Shown in pieces: positions 36,918-45,387 of a stretch of 64,000 nucleotides of DNA. Location: sequence record MT366760.1. The stretch is one strand, 5' to 3'. Below the pieces are notes generated by a model that did no database searches, had not been told where the DNA came from, and was given only the letters and a program-made list of their open reading frames with translations. How positions within the stretch are numbered: the first letter of the stretch is position 1; each line of letters begins with the position of its first letter. A program made the position numbers and the translations under genes.

Positions 36918-38456
36918 TTAATCTTCTTCAGCGTCGTCGTCAGTTGCGTGTTCAGCGACCAACTCAGAGATTGGTTGAACTACGTTTTCTTCGAAGAACA
37001 TGTCAACTTCTTTCAGTTCTTCTAAGTTGCTTTGTGAAATATCAAGCACACAATCTTTGATTTTCTCTTGGATTGTGTCACCGATAGTAGCATAAGTCTG
37101 CTCACCACCGATAGTTAGCAGCACACCTTGTAGCTGAGTGTTAAGGTTCTTAATACCTAGTTCTTTAGACAGTTGCTCACGGTTCTGAAGAATACGTGGG
37201 TCAACTTGGAACACAGCTTCTTCAAAGTCGATAGTGCTTAACGCGTCTGCTAGTGTAGTAACACGGTCACCCGCTTTATTGAATACACAAGCATCTTCAC
37301 CGTTGAATACTACAGTGTTGCCACCTGAAACGATTGTACCGATTAACTCAACATCTACCATTGCTGAAGATTGTGGGTTATCCAAGCGAGCACGTAGGCT
37401 ACGCATGTAGTTACCCGATAGTTCACGTAGATCTTCTAGTGATGGGTTAGGCTTAAGGATGTTACGAATAACAACGCCGTCTGCTAGGGTAAGCTTAAGG
37501 AAGTTAACTAGCTTAGCTGTTTCAGCTTGACGATCTTTCTTACGCTTAGAAGCTGACTTGAATGTCTTCGTGGTGCCCAGAGCGCTTACCTTGAATGGGA
37601 ATGATACTGAAACGTTAGACAAGTCTTCTTCCGCTGCTTCTACAATTGATGAGATCGCATCACTGTAGTCAGTTGTTTGTTCTGTACCGTCACCGTGAGT
37701 GATGAATACTGCTTCTTCTTCAGGGTCGAACGTTAGCGTATGGTAGTCTTCGTCACCGTCGCCAGTAGTAATGGTTACATCACCTTTAGCTTGGCTTACG
37801 ATAGTAATCAAACCCGCTACGACATCAGGACCTTCGTCGTCGTTATCATCCATGTCGTATTCGTCATCGTTCATTTCGATGTCAGCATCAAGATCGATTG
37901 CTTCAGACTCTTCTTCAGGGGTCGGTGCCACAGCTACCGGAACTTCTTTGATTGGTTTAGTTTCTTCAGCGGCTGCCACTGTTTCAACCGGAGCGTTAAC
38001 TGCATCAAGGATGTTCTGAAGTGTCTTAGCCACATCAAAATCGTAGTTCGTGATATTGTTCAGGAATGCGATAAGTTTAGTTGCTGACTTAACGAAGTCG
38101 ATCTCTACTAGGTCTTCACCATCCATCACGTACACTTTTAGCTGTGATTGTGCTGAGAACGAGTTAGCTTGCGCAATCGTCTGACCTTTAACTGTAACGT
38201 CTAAGTATAGATCTGATAGACGGTCTACAAATTGCTCTACAGTTGAGAAACCACCACCGCTTTCAGATTTACCATCGTGTGATGATGAACCTTCAGTGAT
38301 GTCAGATGCGACAGTTTCGATGTTGAAAGTACTAGCGAAGCGAATTGTCTCTGCTAGGGTCTTAACAACCAGTTTACCTGAGATACCTAACAGGGTTGGT
38401 TTGTTAGCGAATTCCAGTGTGTCCTTCGCTTTTAATTGCTTAAGTGGTGTTGCCAT
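36918..38456 (-). CDS. hypothetical acidic protein
   Basis: 512-aa ORF with a D/E-rich linker. Confidence 0.75.
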   Translation of the reverse strand: MATPLKQLKAKDTLEFANKPTLLGISGKLVVKTLAETIRFASTFNIETVASDITEGSSSHDGKSESGGGFSTVEQFVDRLSDLYLDVTVKGQTIAQANSFSAQSQLKVYVMDGEDLVEIDFVKSATKLIAFLNNITNYDFDVAKTLQNILDAVNAPVETVAAAEETKPIKEVPVAVAPTPEEESEAIDLDADIEMNDDEYDMDDNDDEGPDVVAGLITIVSQAKGDVTITTGDGDEDYHTLTFDPEEEAVFITHGDGTEQTTDYSDAISSIVEAAEEDLSNVSVSFPFKVSALGTTKTFKSASKRKKDRQAETAKLVNFLKLTLADGVVIRNILKPNPSLEDLRELSGNYMRSLRARLDNPQSSAMVDVELIGTIVSGGNTVVFNGEDACVFNKAGDRVTTLADALSTIDFEEAVFQVDPRILQNREQLSKELGIKNLNTQLQGVLLTIGGEQTYATIGDTIQEKIKDCVLDISQSNLEELKEVDMFFEENVVQPISELVAEHATDDDAEED

Positions 38457-38505
38457 GAGTATTTACTCCTAGGTTTAACGGTTTAAAATTAGTTACACAA
38501 TGTTC

Positions 38506-38512
38506 ATTTACA
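38506..38512 (-). promoter_or_regulatory. TGTAAAT box
   Basis: 50 nt upstream of the start at 38456. Confidence 0.45.
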
Positions 38513-38514
38513 GA

Positions 38515-39051
38515 TTATTTAAAATAAGCGTTGATTACCTTAATTGTCTCAACTTCGTGTTCTTCTTTACCAGTGACCACGTCCATGATACGTTTGGTGT
38601 TCTCGGTTACTTGATAAGGCGCACGCATCACATCAATTTCGTAGCGGTATTCGATTCCTGCGGCTAGCAACTCCGCATCAGTACCCTCATTGATGTCGGA
38701 TAGTTCGTGAGTACCCTTCATACCCATTACGCACTGAACGTATAGGGCTTGTGCACGTTTGAAAGCTTGTTCTTCAGTGCCGTAAATCCCGACACTAGGA
38801 TTGAACTCTAACATACCTTCGTTAAACACACGTACAATATAGACGAATCCACCTGTTGTTAAATCCGATGTCAGGGTCGGTGACTTCAGTAGTGTTATCG
38901 TCGCACGAATCTGTTCAATGTCGTTGACCACACGGTTAAGAACATCACTCGACAGGTGGACATTAGCTTCCATAAGCAAGTGTTTTTGCTTGGTTAGAGT
39001 TGCCATCGTCTTCTCAAGTTGTTTGATGGACTTATCTTGAGACTTAATCAT
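38515..39051 (-). CDS. hypothetical protein
   Basis: 178-aa ORF. Confidence 0.7.
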   Translation of the reverse strand: MIKSQDKSIKQLEKTMATLTKQKHLLMEANVHLSSDVLNRVVNDIEQIRATITLLKSPTLTSDLTTGGFVYIVRVFNEGMLEFNPSVGIYGTEEQAFKRAQALYVQCVMGMKGTHELSDINEGTDAELLAAGIEYRYEIDVMRAPYQVTENTKRIMDVVTGKEEHEVETIKVINAYFK

Positions 39052-39062
39052 TATCGTGTTCC

Positions 39063-39959
39063 TTATTTAGTTAGTAGTTCAAAGCCAGTTGCACGCATTG
39101 CGTTCTTAAGTGACTTACCGTTGTTCATTAATTCGCGGATAGGGTTCTGTGATTCAACCGCTAGTTCTTCTAGGCGCTTAACTAGTTTCTCACTAGCACG
39201 CTCGAATTTAGCTTTACCTTTTTTGTTCAGTTCGATTAGACGAACTTTCTGCTGACGACGCACTTGCTTCTTAGCTTTCTTTTTAAGTTGAGCATTTAGC
39301 TCAGAAATCTTTTCAGCACCCTTCTCATTCGCATCACGAAGATCAGCACGTACGCTGCGAAGTGTTTCTTTAGTTTTGTCTAGTTCAGCGGTTACCAACA
39401 CTAACTCACCCTGAAGCTTACTGCTACGATTCTTCTCGTTTTCCAAATCGTGGTAAATGATAGCAGCCTGTGAAGCGAAGTGCTCAAGTTGCTTCTCGTG
39501 TTTGTTTGGATGAACTTTACCAGAACGAACAGCTAGGCGAAGTGTGTGAATCTGATTAGCTTGGTCAACTGCGTCAATCTCCATATCGCTAACTAGAGAT
39601 TGTAGTTCGTTGATTCGAGCGGCTGCTTTATCCTGATGGTTAGCAGTTGTCATCAATTCAACTAGAGCATCAATCAATTCAACACCGTTCTCACCGCGTT
39701 GGTTAATCAACCCCATTGCTAGAATACCTTCTAGTGTTACTAGGTAAGTAGACACCTTACGACCACTACCCGCTAAGTAAGTAGAAGGAGCAGCGTGTTG
39801 CGCTTTGAACTCCTCAGAAAGTGGAGAACGACGAACCTGCTTATTAACATCACAGCACTGACGACCTTGCCATTGTGCAATGTATTGAAGTTGGATAACT
39901 GGTTTGCCTGCTACTAGTTCGATAGCGCCTTTTACTTCGTTGCGGATATTAGTGTTCAT
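39063..39959 (-). CDS. Rha/antirepressor-like N-terminal domain plus coiled coil
   Basis: IAQWQGRQCCDVNKQVRR...Y....GRKVSTYLVTLEG resembles Rha-type domains; long heptad C-terminus. Confidence 0.45.
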   Translation of the reverse strand: MNTNIRNEVKGAIELVAGKPVIQLQYIAQWQGRQCCDVNKQVRRSPLSEEFKAQHAAPSTYLAGSGRKVSTYLVTLEGILAMGLINQRGENGVELIDALVELMTTANHQDKAAARINELQSLVSDMEIDAVDQANQIHTLRLAVRSGKVHPNKHEKQLEHFASQAAIIYHDLENEKNRSSKLQGELVLVTAELDKTKETLRSVRADLRDANEKGAEKISELNAQLKKKAKKQVRRQQKVRLIELNKKGKAKFERASEKLVKRLEELAVESQNPIRELMNNGKSLKNAMRATGFELLTK

Positions 39960-39999
39960 AATCTGTGTCCTTTAAATCAGTGTCATTGTGTACGTGTCC

Positions 40000-40028
40000 A
40001 TTATAGCATACCCTGATGTCTATTGCAA
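40000..40028 (-). promoter_or_regulatory. host sigma70 promoter (extended -10)
   Basis: TTGCAA-17 bp-TATAAT, with TGC before the -10. Confidence 0.8.
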
Positions 40029-40046
40029 ATACTTTCGTATGAGAGT

Positions 40047-40081
40047 AAAAAGCCCCGAAAACCGAAGTTATCAGGGCTTTT
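40047..40081 (-). terminator. intrinsic terminator
   Basis: GCCCTGA...TCGGGGC-TTTTT downstream of the autotransporter gene. Confidence 0.7.
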
Positions 40082-40181
40082 AGTGTGGGCTTTAATCCAC
40101 CGTTGTCATGGGATGTACCTTCTAGTAGTCCGAAAGAAACATAATGTATATGCGCTCATTGGACTATTAGTTTACATTTTT

Positions 40182-41249
40182 CTAGAAGGACGGTACAAAA
40201 CTAATTGATGCACCATATTGTAGGTCACGCCAGTCATCGGCATCTGTACCCGCTACCGTTAGCTTGACAGCGTAGTTACCACCATCGTGGACAGCACCTA
40301 GTGCTAGACCATTGTGGTCTCGGTAGTGACCAACACCAACACCGAAGGATAGTGTACCATCATAGTTAGAAGGCATAACGATAGAGTTAGCAGCAGCATT
40401 AGCAGCCTGCATACCATCTAGTCGGTTGATGTCTTCTTTAAGTCCAACGATGTCATTTTCTACTTTACCCATGCGACCTTCCAACGAACTCAAACGTGAG
40501 CCGTGCTTCTGGAGTGTTGCTGATTGGGAATTACCCATGGCGTAAAGCTCTTCAATTGACGTATATTGATTAGCGTCAACCTTAGCTTGTTCCGCTTTAT
40601 ATGCTGATACAACTTCATCAGAATACTGCTTAGATGATTTCAGCGTTGTTGTATTACCCTTAGATACTTCTTGGTCAGTATATGTTTTAGAAGAATCTAA
40701 GGTAGCTGCGTCACCCTCATCAATTGCTTTTTGGATAGCATCACCCTTAGTGACTCCCGCTGATGAAGGAAAGTTTTTGAACTGGTTATTGATTTCCTCA
40801 ATAACAATGTTGTCAGCATACGTCTTAGATTTCTCTAGTGTAGCAAAGTCCCCTGATTCAGCGTGTGCTTTTGCTTCAGCTAGATTATTAGCGTCTTGTT
40901 GCTTAGCTGTACTGATAGCAGCATTAAGAACATTAGCGTCACCCGCATCAGAATATGCTTTAGCTTGAGTCAACGTATCAGCGTCGCCCTTAGCTCGTGC
41001 TTTTTCTTCTGCGGTTAAATCGGAACCTAACTTAGCTAGGGCTTTGTTGTGTTCCTTGATGTTATTCATGTTGTTGTTTGCAATCACCGTAGCACTACGG
41101 ATGTTCTTTGAGTTACGATAGACTCGGAAGTCTTGTTCACCCTGACTTTCTTTGAACTCTTTCTGAGTTACGAATTGGTCAGCGGCATTAGCAGCAGGGA
41201 TTGTAATTGTAGCTGCAATAAGAAGTGAAAGAATGCTTAGGATACGCAT
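40182..41249 (-). CDS. YadA-like trimeric autotransporter adhesin
   Basis: Signal peptide MRILSILSLLIAATITIPAANA; stalk repeats GDAxTLxxAKxYxD; anchor GMQAANAA...FGVGVGHYRDHNGLALG...YGASISF; C-terminal Phe. Confidence 0.85.
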   Translation of the reverse strand: MRILSILSLLIAATITIPAANAADQFVTQKEFKESQGEQDFRVYRNSKNIRSATVIANNNMNNIKEHNKALAKLGSDLTAEEKARAKGDADTLTQAKAYSDAGDANVLNAAISTAKQQDANNLAEAKAHAESGDFATLEKSKTYADNIVIEEINNQFKNFPSSAGVTKGDAIQKAIDEGDAATLDSSKTYTDQEVSKGNTTTLKSSKQYSDEVVSAYKAEQAKVDANQYTSIEELYAMGNSQSATLQKHGSRLSSLEGRMGKVENDIVGLKEDINRLDGMQAANAAANSIVMPSNYDGTLSFGVGVGHYRDHNGLALGAVHDGGNYAVKLTVAGTDADDWRDLQYGASISFVPSF

Positions 41250-41330
41250 TTTAATTTCCTCAGTATGTTGGTCTAATTTGATTTTATATTCTGAATAGAC
41301 AACCAATATACTAATTCTTCTTATGTGGAG

Positions 41331-41522
41331 TTACTTGCGAGCTTCTTCCATACCTATCATGTTCTTAAAGACACGGGTTGTGTATGCATAGAAGTCGTCA
41401 GACTCTGTGTTATCACCGAACTTCTTTTCGGCTGCTCGTTTGGCTGCTTCCCATTTCTCTTCTAACTTAGATTCGGGAATGCCTTTTTCTCTAGCTATCT
41501 TTTGTACTAATGCAGCGGGCAT
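41331..41522 (-). CDS. small conserved phage protein next to the prohead protease
   Basis: MPAALVQKIAREKG...EEKWEAAK...FYAYTT.VFKNM pattern recalled from head-gene regions; GGAGG SD. Confidence 0.5.
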   Translation of the reverse strand: MPAALVQKIAREKGIPESKLEEKWEAAKRAAEKKFGDNTESDDFYAYTTRVFKNMIGMEEARK

Positions 41523-41568
41523 CGTACCTCCTTGTAGATGGGGTGGACGAACCACCCCTCATTTTCTT

Positions 41569-42345
41569 CTATGGATAACGTTTTTGGGCAACAGGCATAA
41601 CGTGGTCAGAGATAGCTGATACGTAAGCGGGATCTTCAACTGCTGACGTTTCAAAACCTTCGATACCACAAGCTAGTTGATAAGCCAACTTGCCACCTGC
41701 TTCCAATTGGAAGTTAACCTTCTTCTGTGTAGATAGATGTGAACAAAGACCTTTGTCGCGTCCGCACACACTACACTTATACTTAGTTACGTAGGCACCC
41801 ATTGAGTACGTGTTAAGGTCACCGCTAAGTATACGTTTAACCATAGCGGGGTCTTTAGAACGGTCAAATGCGAGTAGTGCCACAAGTTTCCAAATCTTCT
41901 TACCACCGAACCCTTTGAATTGACGCATGTAAGTATCAACAATGACACCCTTAGCTTCATGTAGGATTTGGTTAGCATGTTCGTAGTAAGTTCCTTTACC
42001 CTTCCATGTCTTGTATGCTTGCATACCGTGTTCTGGGCTAAACTTAACTAGTTCGTTAAGTGGGAAACCTACACCGTTACGGTTAGGTAGATCACTAGGC
42101 ATGATGATTACTGGAACCAACACGTAGTCTTCTATCTTGTTAGAGATATTGTACGGCTTAGCTGAGAAAGGTAACCATGAAGCAAAGTCAACATGATCAC
42201 GTACAGCACCTGAATCAGTAGGGATACCCATTGTGTCAGAGTACATGTCGCTAGCTGTAGCAATCTCTTTACGCTTCATCATACGATGGATGTCAAGGGG
42301 TGTCGATAATTGGATACCACCCTGAGTGATAATTTCTTTAGCCAT
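41569..42345 (-). CDS. prohead (capsid maturation) protease
   Basis: PNRNG..F...EL...WKGK..YYEH (His), YSMG (Ser), CSVCG...CSH Zn insert and FETSAVEDPA. Confidence 0.75.
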   Translation of the reverse strand: MAKEIITQGGIQLSTPLDIHRMMKRKEIATASDMYSDTMGIPTDSGAVRDHVDFASWLPFSAKPYNISNKIEDYVLVPVIIMPSDLPNRNGVGFPLNELVKFSPEHGMQAYKTWKGKGTYYEHANQILHEAKGVIVDTYMRQFKGFGGKKIWKLVALLAFDRSKDPAMVKRILSGDLNTYSMGAYVTKYKCSVCGRDKGLCSHLSTQKKVNFQLEAGGKLAYQLACGIEGFETSAVEDPAYVSAISDHVMPVAQKRYP

Positions 42346-42348
42346 TAC

Positions 42349-42657
42349 TCAGCTACTCCGTTTAGGTAATTCACTCTTAACCATTTTGTGCATCTGTTCA
42401 ACAAGTGATAGTAAGCTACCAAGTGTATCCGCAGGTACATCATATTGTTTAAGGGCGTTTATTAAACTTTGGACTTTATTAGATAAGTCGCTCTGGATGA
42501 CAGTGGAGCCAGTTGTCAGTTCCTTCGTATTATCAACAAGTACCAGTGCCTTGGTGATTAGGGAATCGAATTGCTCTAGCAGTGGTTTGTCCAACTGAAC
42601 TTGTGTGAGCAATAGGAGAGTCTCCGTTAGACCCTCCATTATGGAATTTTCATCCAC
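42349..42657 (-). CDS. hypothetical protein
   Basis: 102-aa helical ORF. Confidence 0.6.
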   Translation of the reverse strand: MDENSIMEGLTETLLLLTQVQLDKPLLEQFDSLITKALVLVDNTKELTTGSTVIQSDLSNKVQSLINALKQYDVPADTLGSLLSLVEQMHKMVKSELPKRSS

Positions 42658-42683
42658 TTCAATTCCCTTACGAGGACTGGCTT

Positions 42684-43313
42684 CTACTTTGCTACTTCAA
42701 GTTGTGACACTTGAATAGGCATGATACCCTGACCTTTTAGTTCAACGTCAGCTACCATCACACCGTCATCTTTGTAGACTTTCTTAACTGTACCTTTACG
42801 GTCTTTGTTTTTAGCACCTTTGCGCTTGACCATAACTTTGTCACCAGGTTTAACACCCGCTGTTACTTCTTCGACATCGGCACGCGCCATATCACCACCC
42901 ATGTAACCAATAATGGTTTGTAGGTCGCGTTTTAGATTACTGTAGGTCTTCGGATGCATTGCACCACATTTACCAACCGTCTGAATCAAGTTAGATAGCA
43001 GCATCTTGATTTCGTTGTTTGGACTAGCTTCTTCAACACTTGCGTTTGTCTGAAGCAGCATCAGGATGCCACCAATGTCACGACCGATAGCACTAACAAC
43101 GTTTTCTGGTAGTTTGTCTAGGTACTTATCAACAAGCATCAAGGTCTTGCGAATCATTTCGCGAACTGACTTAGCGGAGTAACGTCCTGACTCATCCATG
43201 GTCATCATGTAGTCTGGCATTGACTCATCCATCATCATTGGCATAGATTCTTCTACGACACTTGATAGTTCTTTGTTAGCTTTAATTTGAGCTAAGTTTG
43301 GATTGTTCTTCAT
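42684..43313 (-). CDS. hypothetical protein with C-terminal KOW/SH3-like domain
   Basis: VKPGDKVMVKRKG...KGTVKKV...ADVEL. Confidence 0.55.
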   Translation of the reverse strand: MKNNPNLAQIKANKELSSVVEESMPMMMDESMPDYMMTMDESGRYSAKSVREMIRKTLMLVDKYLDKLPENVVSAIGRDIGGILMLLQTNASVEEASPNNEIKMLLSNLIQTVGKCGAMHPKTYSNLKRDLQTIIGYMGGDMARADVEEVTAGVKPGDKVMVKRKGAKNKDRKGTVKKVYKDDGVMVADVELKGQGIMPIQVSQLEVAK

Positions 43314-45094
43314 AGTAGTGGACTCCGTAAACCAAGTTTCTTGGCTTGCTTAAGTGATTTATCAAGATGATTTTCGTCGCTGTTTCTAGCCATAGACTTA
43401 ATAATCATCTCGTTTTGTTTTCTCTTAGCGTCACGCTGATTGAATATATACTTCTTCTTACCAGTTTTGGTTAGACCGTACACTTCACCTTGCTCACCGT
43501 AGTCACGAGCTAGTGCGTTCTGTCGCGTAACTTTACCCCCAGACTGTTGGATGAGTGCTGAGTTAGACATAGAAGATAGAGCGAAATCGTCTTCGAAACC
43601 TTCGTCATCGTCTTCAAGTCCTGGGACTCCACCTTTCTCCGCAATTTTATCACGGGTCAACTTGTCTTCATCCATACCTTCGATAGCGTTATCTAGGTTG
43701 ATACCACCTGCTGCTGCCCACATACGTAGGGAAACTGGGATACCTTTTTCAGCCATGGATTCTAACACGTCTAGGTACTCACGGTCAGCTTCTGGGCGCA
43801 GTGCTTTATGCCAGTTAACTTCAGGGATAATCAAGTTGTGACTATCGTTCATCTGGAAGTTGAAGTCTTGAGTAAGTGACTGAGCTGTTTCGCGGTAGCG
43901 TGCTTGTTCCTTCTGAGTTTCTTTAGACGATTTACGGAAGTCATGGACAACAGATAGAATCGGGAAGATCTTAGAAGTAAATAACTTGCGAGTAACCATT
44001 TCTCGGTAGGCGCGTAGCTGCTCAACGAACACAGACATAGCAACGTCCATGGTGTTGTAGGTAGCATCACCCGTCAAGAATGCTTCGTTGATACCAAGTG
44101 CACGCATCTTCAAGTCGTTAGTCTCTTGCTGAACATCAGTCCACTTCCAGAAGTCACCCGCTGCACGGATTTCCTGAGTGTCGATGTTGTGCTGTGTAGC
44201 TACAATAGAACTAACTGGGTCGAGTTCGGCTTGTTGGAACAGGGCAACAATTTGATTCAACTCATCATTGTCTGGTTCCCATGTATCATCACCCGCCTGA
44301 ACATGAAGCGTTGAACGTTGACGTCTTGTTGCTTCAGTCAGTGTACCACGGTAGAGCAAACGCTCAAGTAAGTATACAGGGATAACACGTTGGTAAATTG
44401 ATAGACCTGTCTGAACAGTTGAGAACGACGTTCGTGGGACGTAGAGAGTTGTCAATGGGTCTAATGTTACTTCGTTACTCTGCATTGCTTGGAGTACGTG
44501 ACTACCCATGCGCTTTTGAATCCTTTGCATGTATGGGTCTTTCGACTTAGCAAAGTTTTTCATTTCATCCGGAACCTTAAGTGTAATCTTAGGGTCTACC
44601 GAATAGATAGGAGTTTCTTCAACAGTACAGCTAGCAATGGAGTGTGGGATAAGGTCGGTGAAACCTTTTACGTCCGAACTGTAGATTGATGTACCTACAA
44701 ACGCACCAAGTACCAAATAGTCTAGTGACAGTTCTGGCATCAGTTCTTGAATGTTCAAACGTTCAATTGATTCACTGAAGACATCAAGTTGTTTATCATC
44801 AGCACCCGACAGAGAAAAGTCTGACCAAGGTAGTGTGGATAACAAATCAACTGCACCACCTGCTACTGCATCGTGCATGTAGAGATCCATATAAATGGAA
44901 CGTAACGTATCGGGGTCTTGCTTAATGATACCGTCTAATAAACAGTCTTTAGTAGAAGCACCACCACCTGCGGCTCGGGACAACGGGTGTCCACCCGCAC
45001 CTTGCCCACCCGATATTGATTGATAACTAGATGTAACCGTGTGTTTGCCTGAAGCATCACGACGGATTCTAGTTCTCTTTTGTGGTCTAATCAT
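43310..45094 (-). CDS. portal protein (probable)
   Basis: 594 aa, located between terminase and prohead protease; LY.HD...GGAVD...PWS, LGINEAFL.G.ATYN and F.WHK.LR patterns. Confidence 0.65.
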   Translation of the reverse strand: MIRPQKRTRIRRDASGKHTVTSSYQSISGGQGAGGHPLSRAAGGGASTKDCLLDGIIKQDPDTLRSIYMDLYMHDAVAGGAVDLLSTLPWSDFSLSGADDKQLDVFSESIERLNIQELMPELSLDYLVLGAFVGTSIYSSDVKGFTDLIPHSIASCTVEETPIYSVDPKITLKVPDEMKNFAKSKDPYMQRIQKRMGSHVLQAMQSNEVTLDPLTTLYVPRTSFSTVQTGLSIYQRVIPVYLLERLLYRGTLTEATRRQRSTLHVQAGDDTWEPDNDELNQIVALFQQAELDPVSSIVATQHNIDTQEIRAAGDFWKWTDVQQETNDLKMRALGINEAFLTGDATYNTMDVAMSVFVEQLRAYREMVTRKLFTSKIFPILSVVHDFRKSSKETQKEQARYRETAQSLTQDFNFQMNDSHNLIIPEVNWHKALRPEADREYLDVLESMAEKGIPVSLRMWAAAGGINLDNAIEGMDEDKLTRDKIAEKGGVPGLEDDDEGFEDDFALSSMSNSALIQQSGGKVTRQNALARDYGEQGEVYGLTKTGKKKYIFNQRDAKRKQNEMIIKSMARNSDENHLDKSLKQAKKLGLRSPLL

Positions 45095-45102
45095 AACATG
45101 CC

Positions 45103-45321
45103 TTATTTATCTACACGGGGCAAGCATACTCTGTCGTGCATACAAACAACCGCTTCGATACCGTTAGCTAAAACAGGTCGCATTGGCTGTTTACAAATCG
45201 GACATACTTCAGGAGCGTCGTTTGATAGTGCTGCTGTAGTAGTTTGCTTTGTTTCTTTATCGTCCTCAGAAGCCGCAGTTACAGCGTCTAAAGGGCTACG
45301 TAGAGCCTGTGATTTTTTCAT
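45103..45321 (-). CDS. small Zn-ribbon protein
   Basis: CPIC...C.HD.VC. Confidence 0.55.
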   Translation of the reverse strand: MKKSQALRSPLDAVTAASEDDKETKQTTTAALSNDAPEVCPICKQPMRPVLANGIEAVVCMHDRVCLPRVDK

Positions 45322-45387
45322 AATTAACTCCGATAAGGGACGTTTTGGGTTTACTATAATTAGTTTGCAAAACGCCCCTCATCCACT

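Noticed and set aside
9887-41304. Shared 13-mer GGTTGTCTATTCA upstream of methyltransferase A (9887-9899) and the YadA-like gene (41292-41304)
   Set aside because: Only two copies; a 13-mer match is expected by chance in 64 kb, and spacing to the downstream AT box differs.
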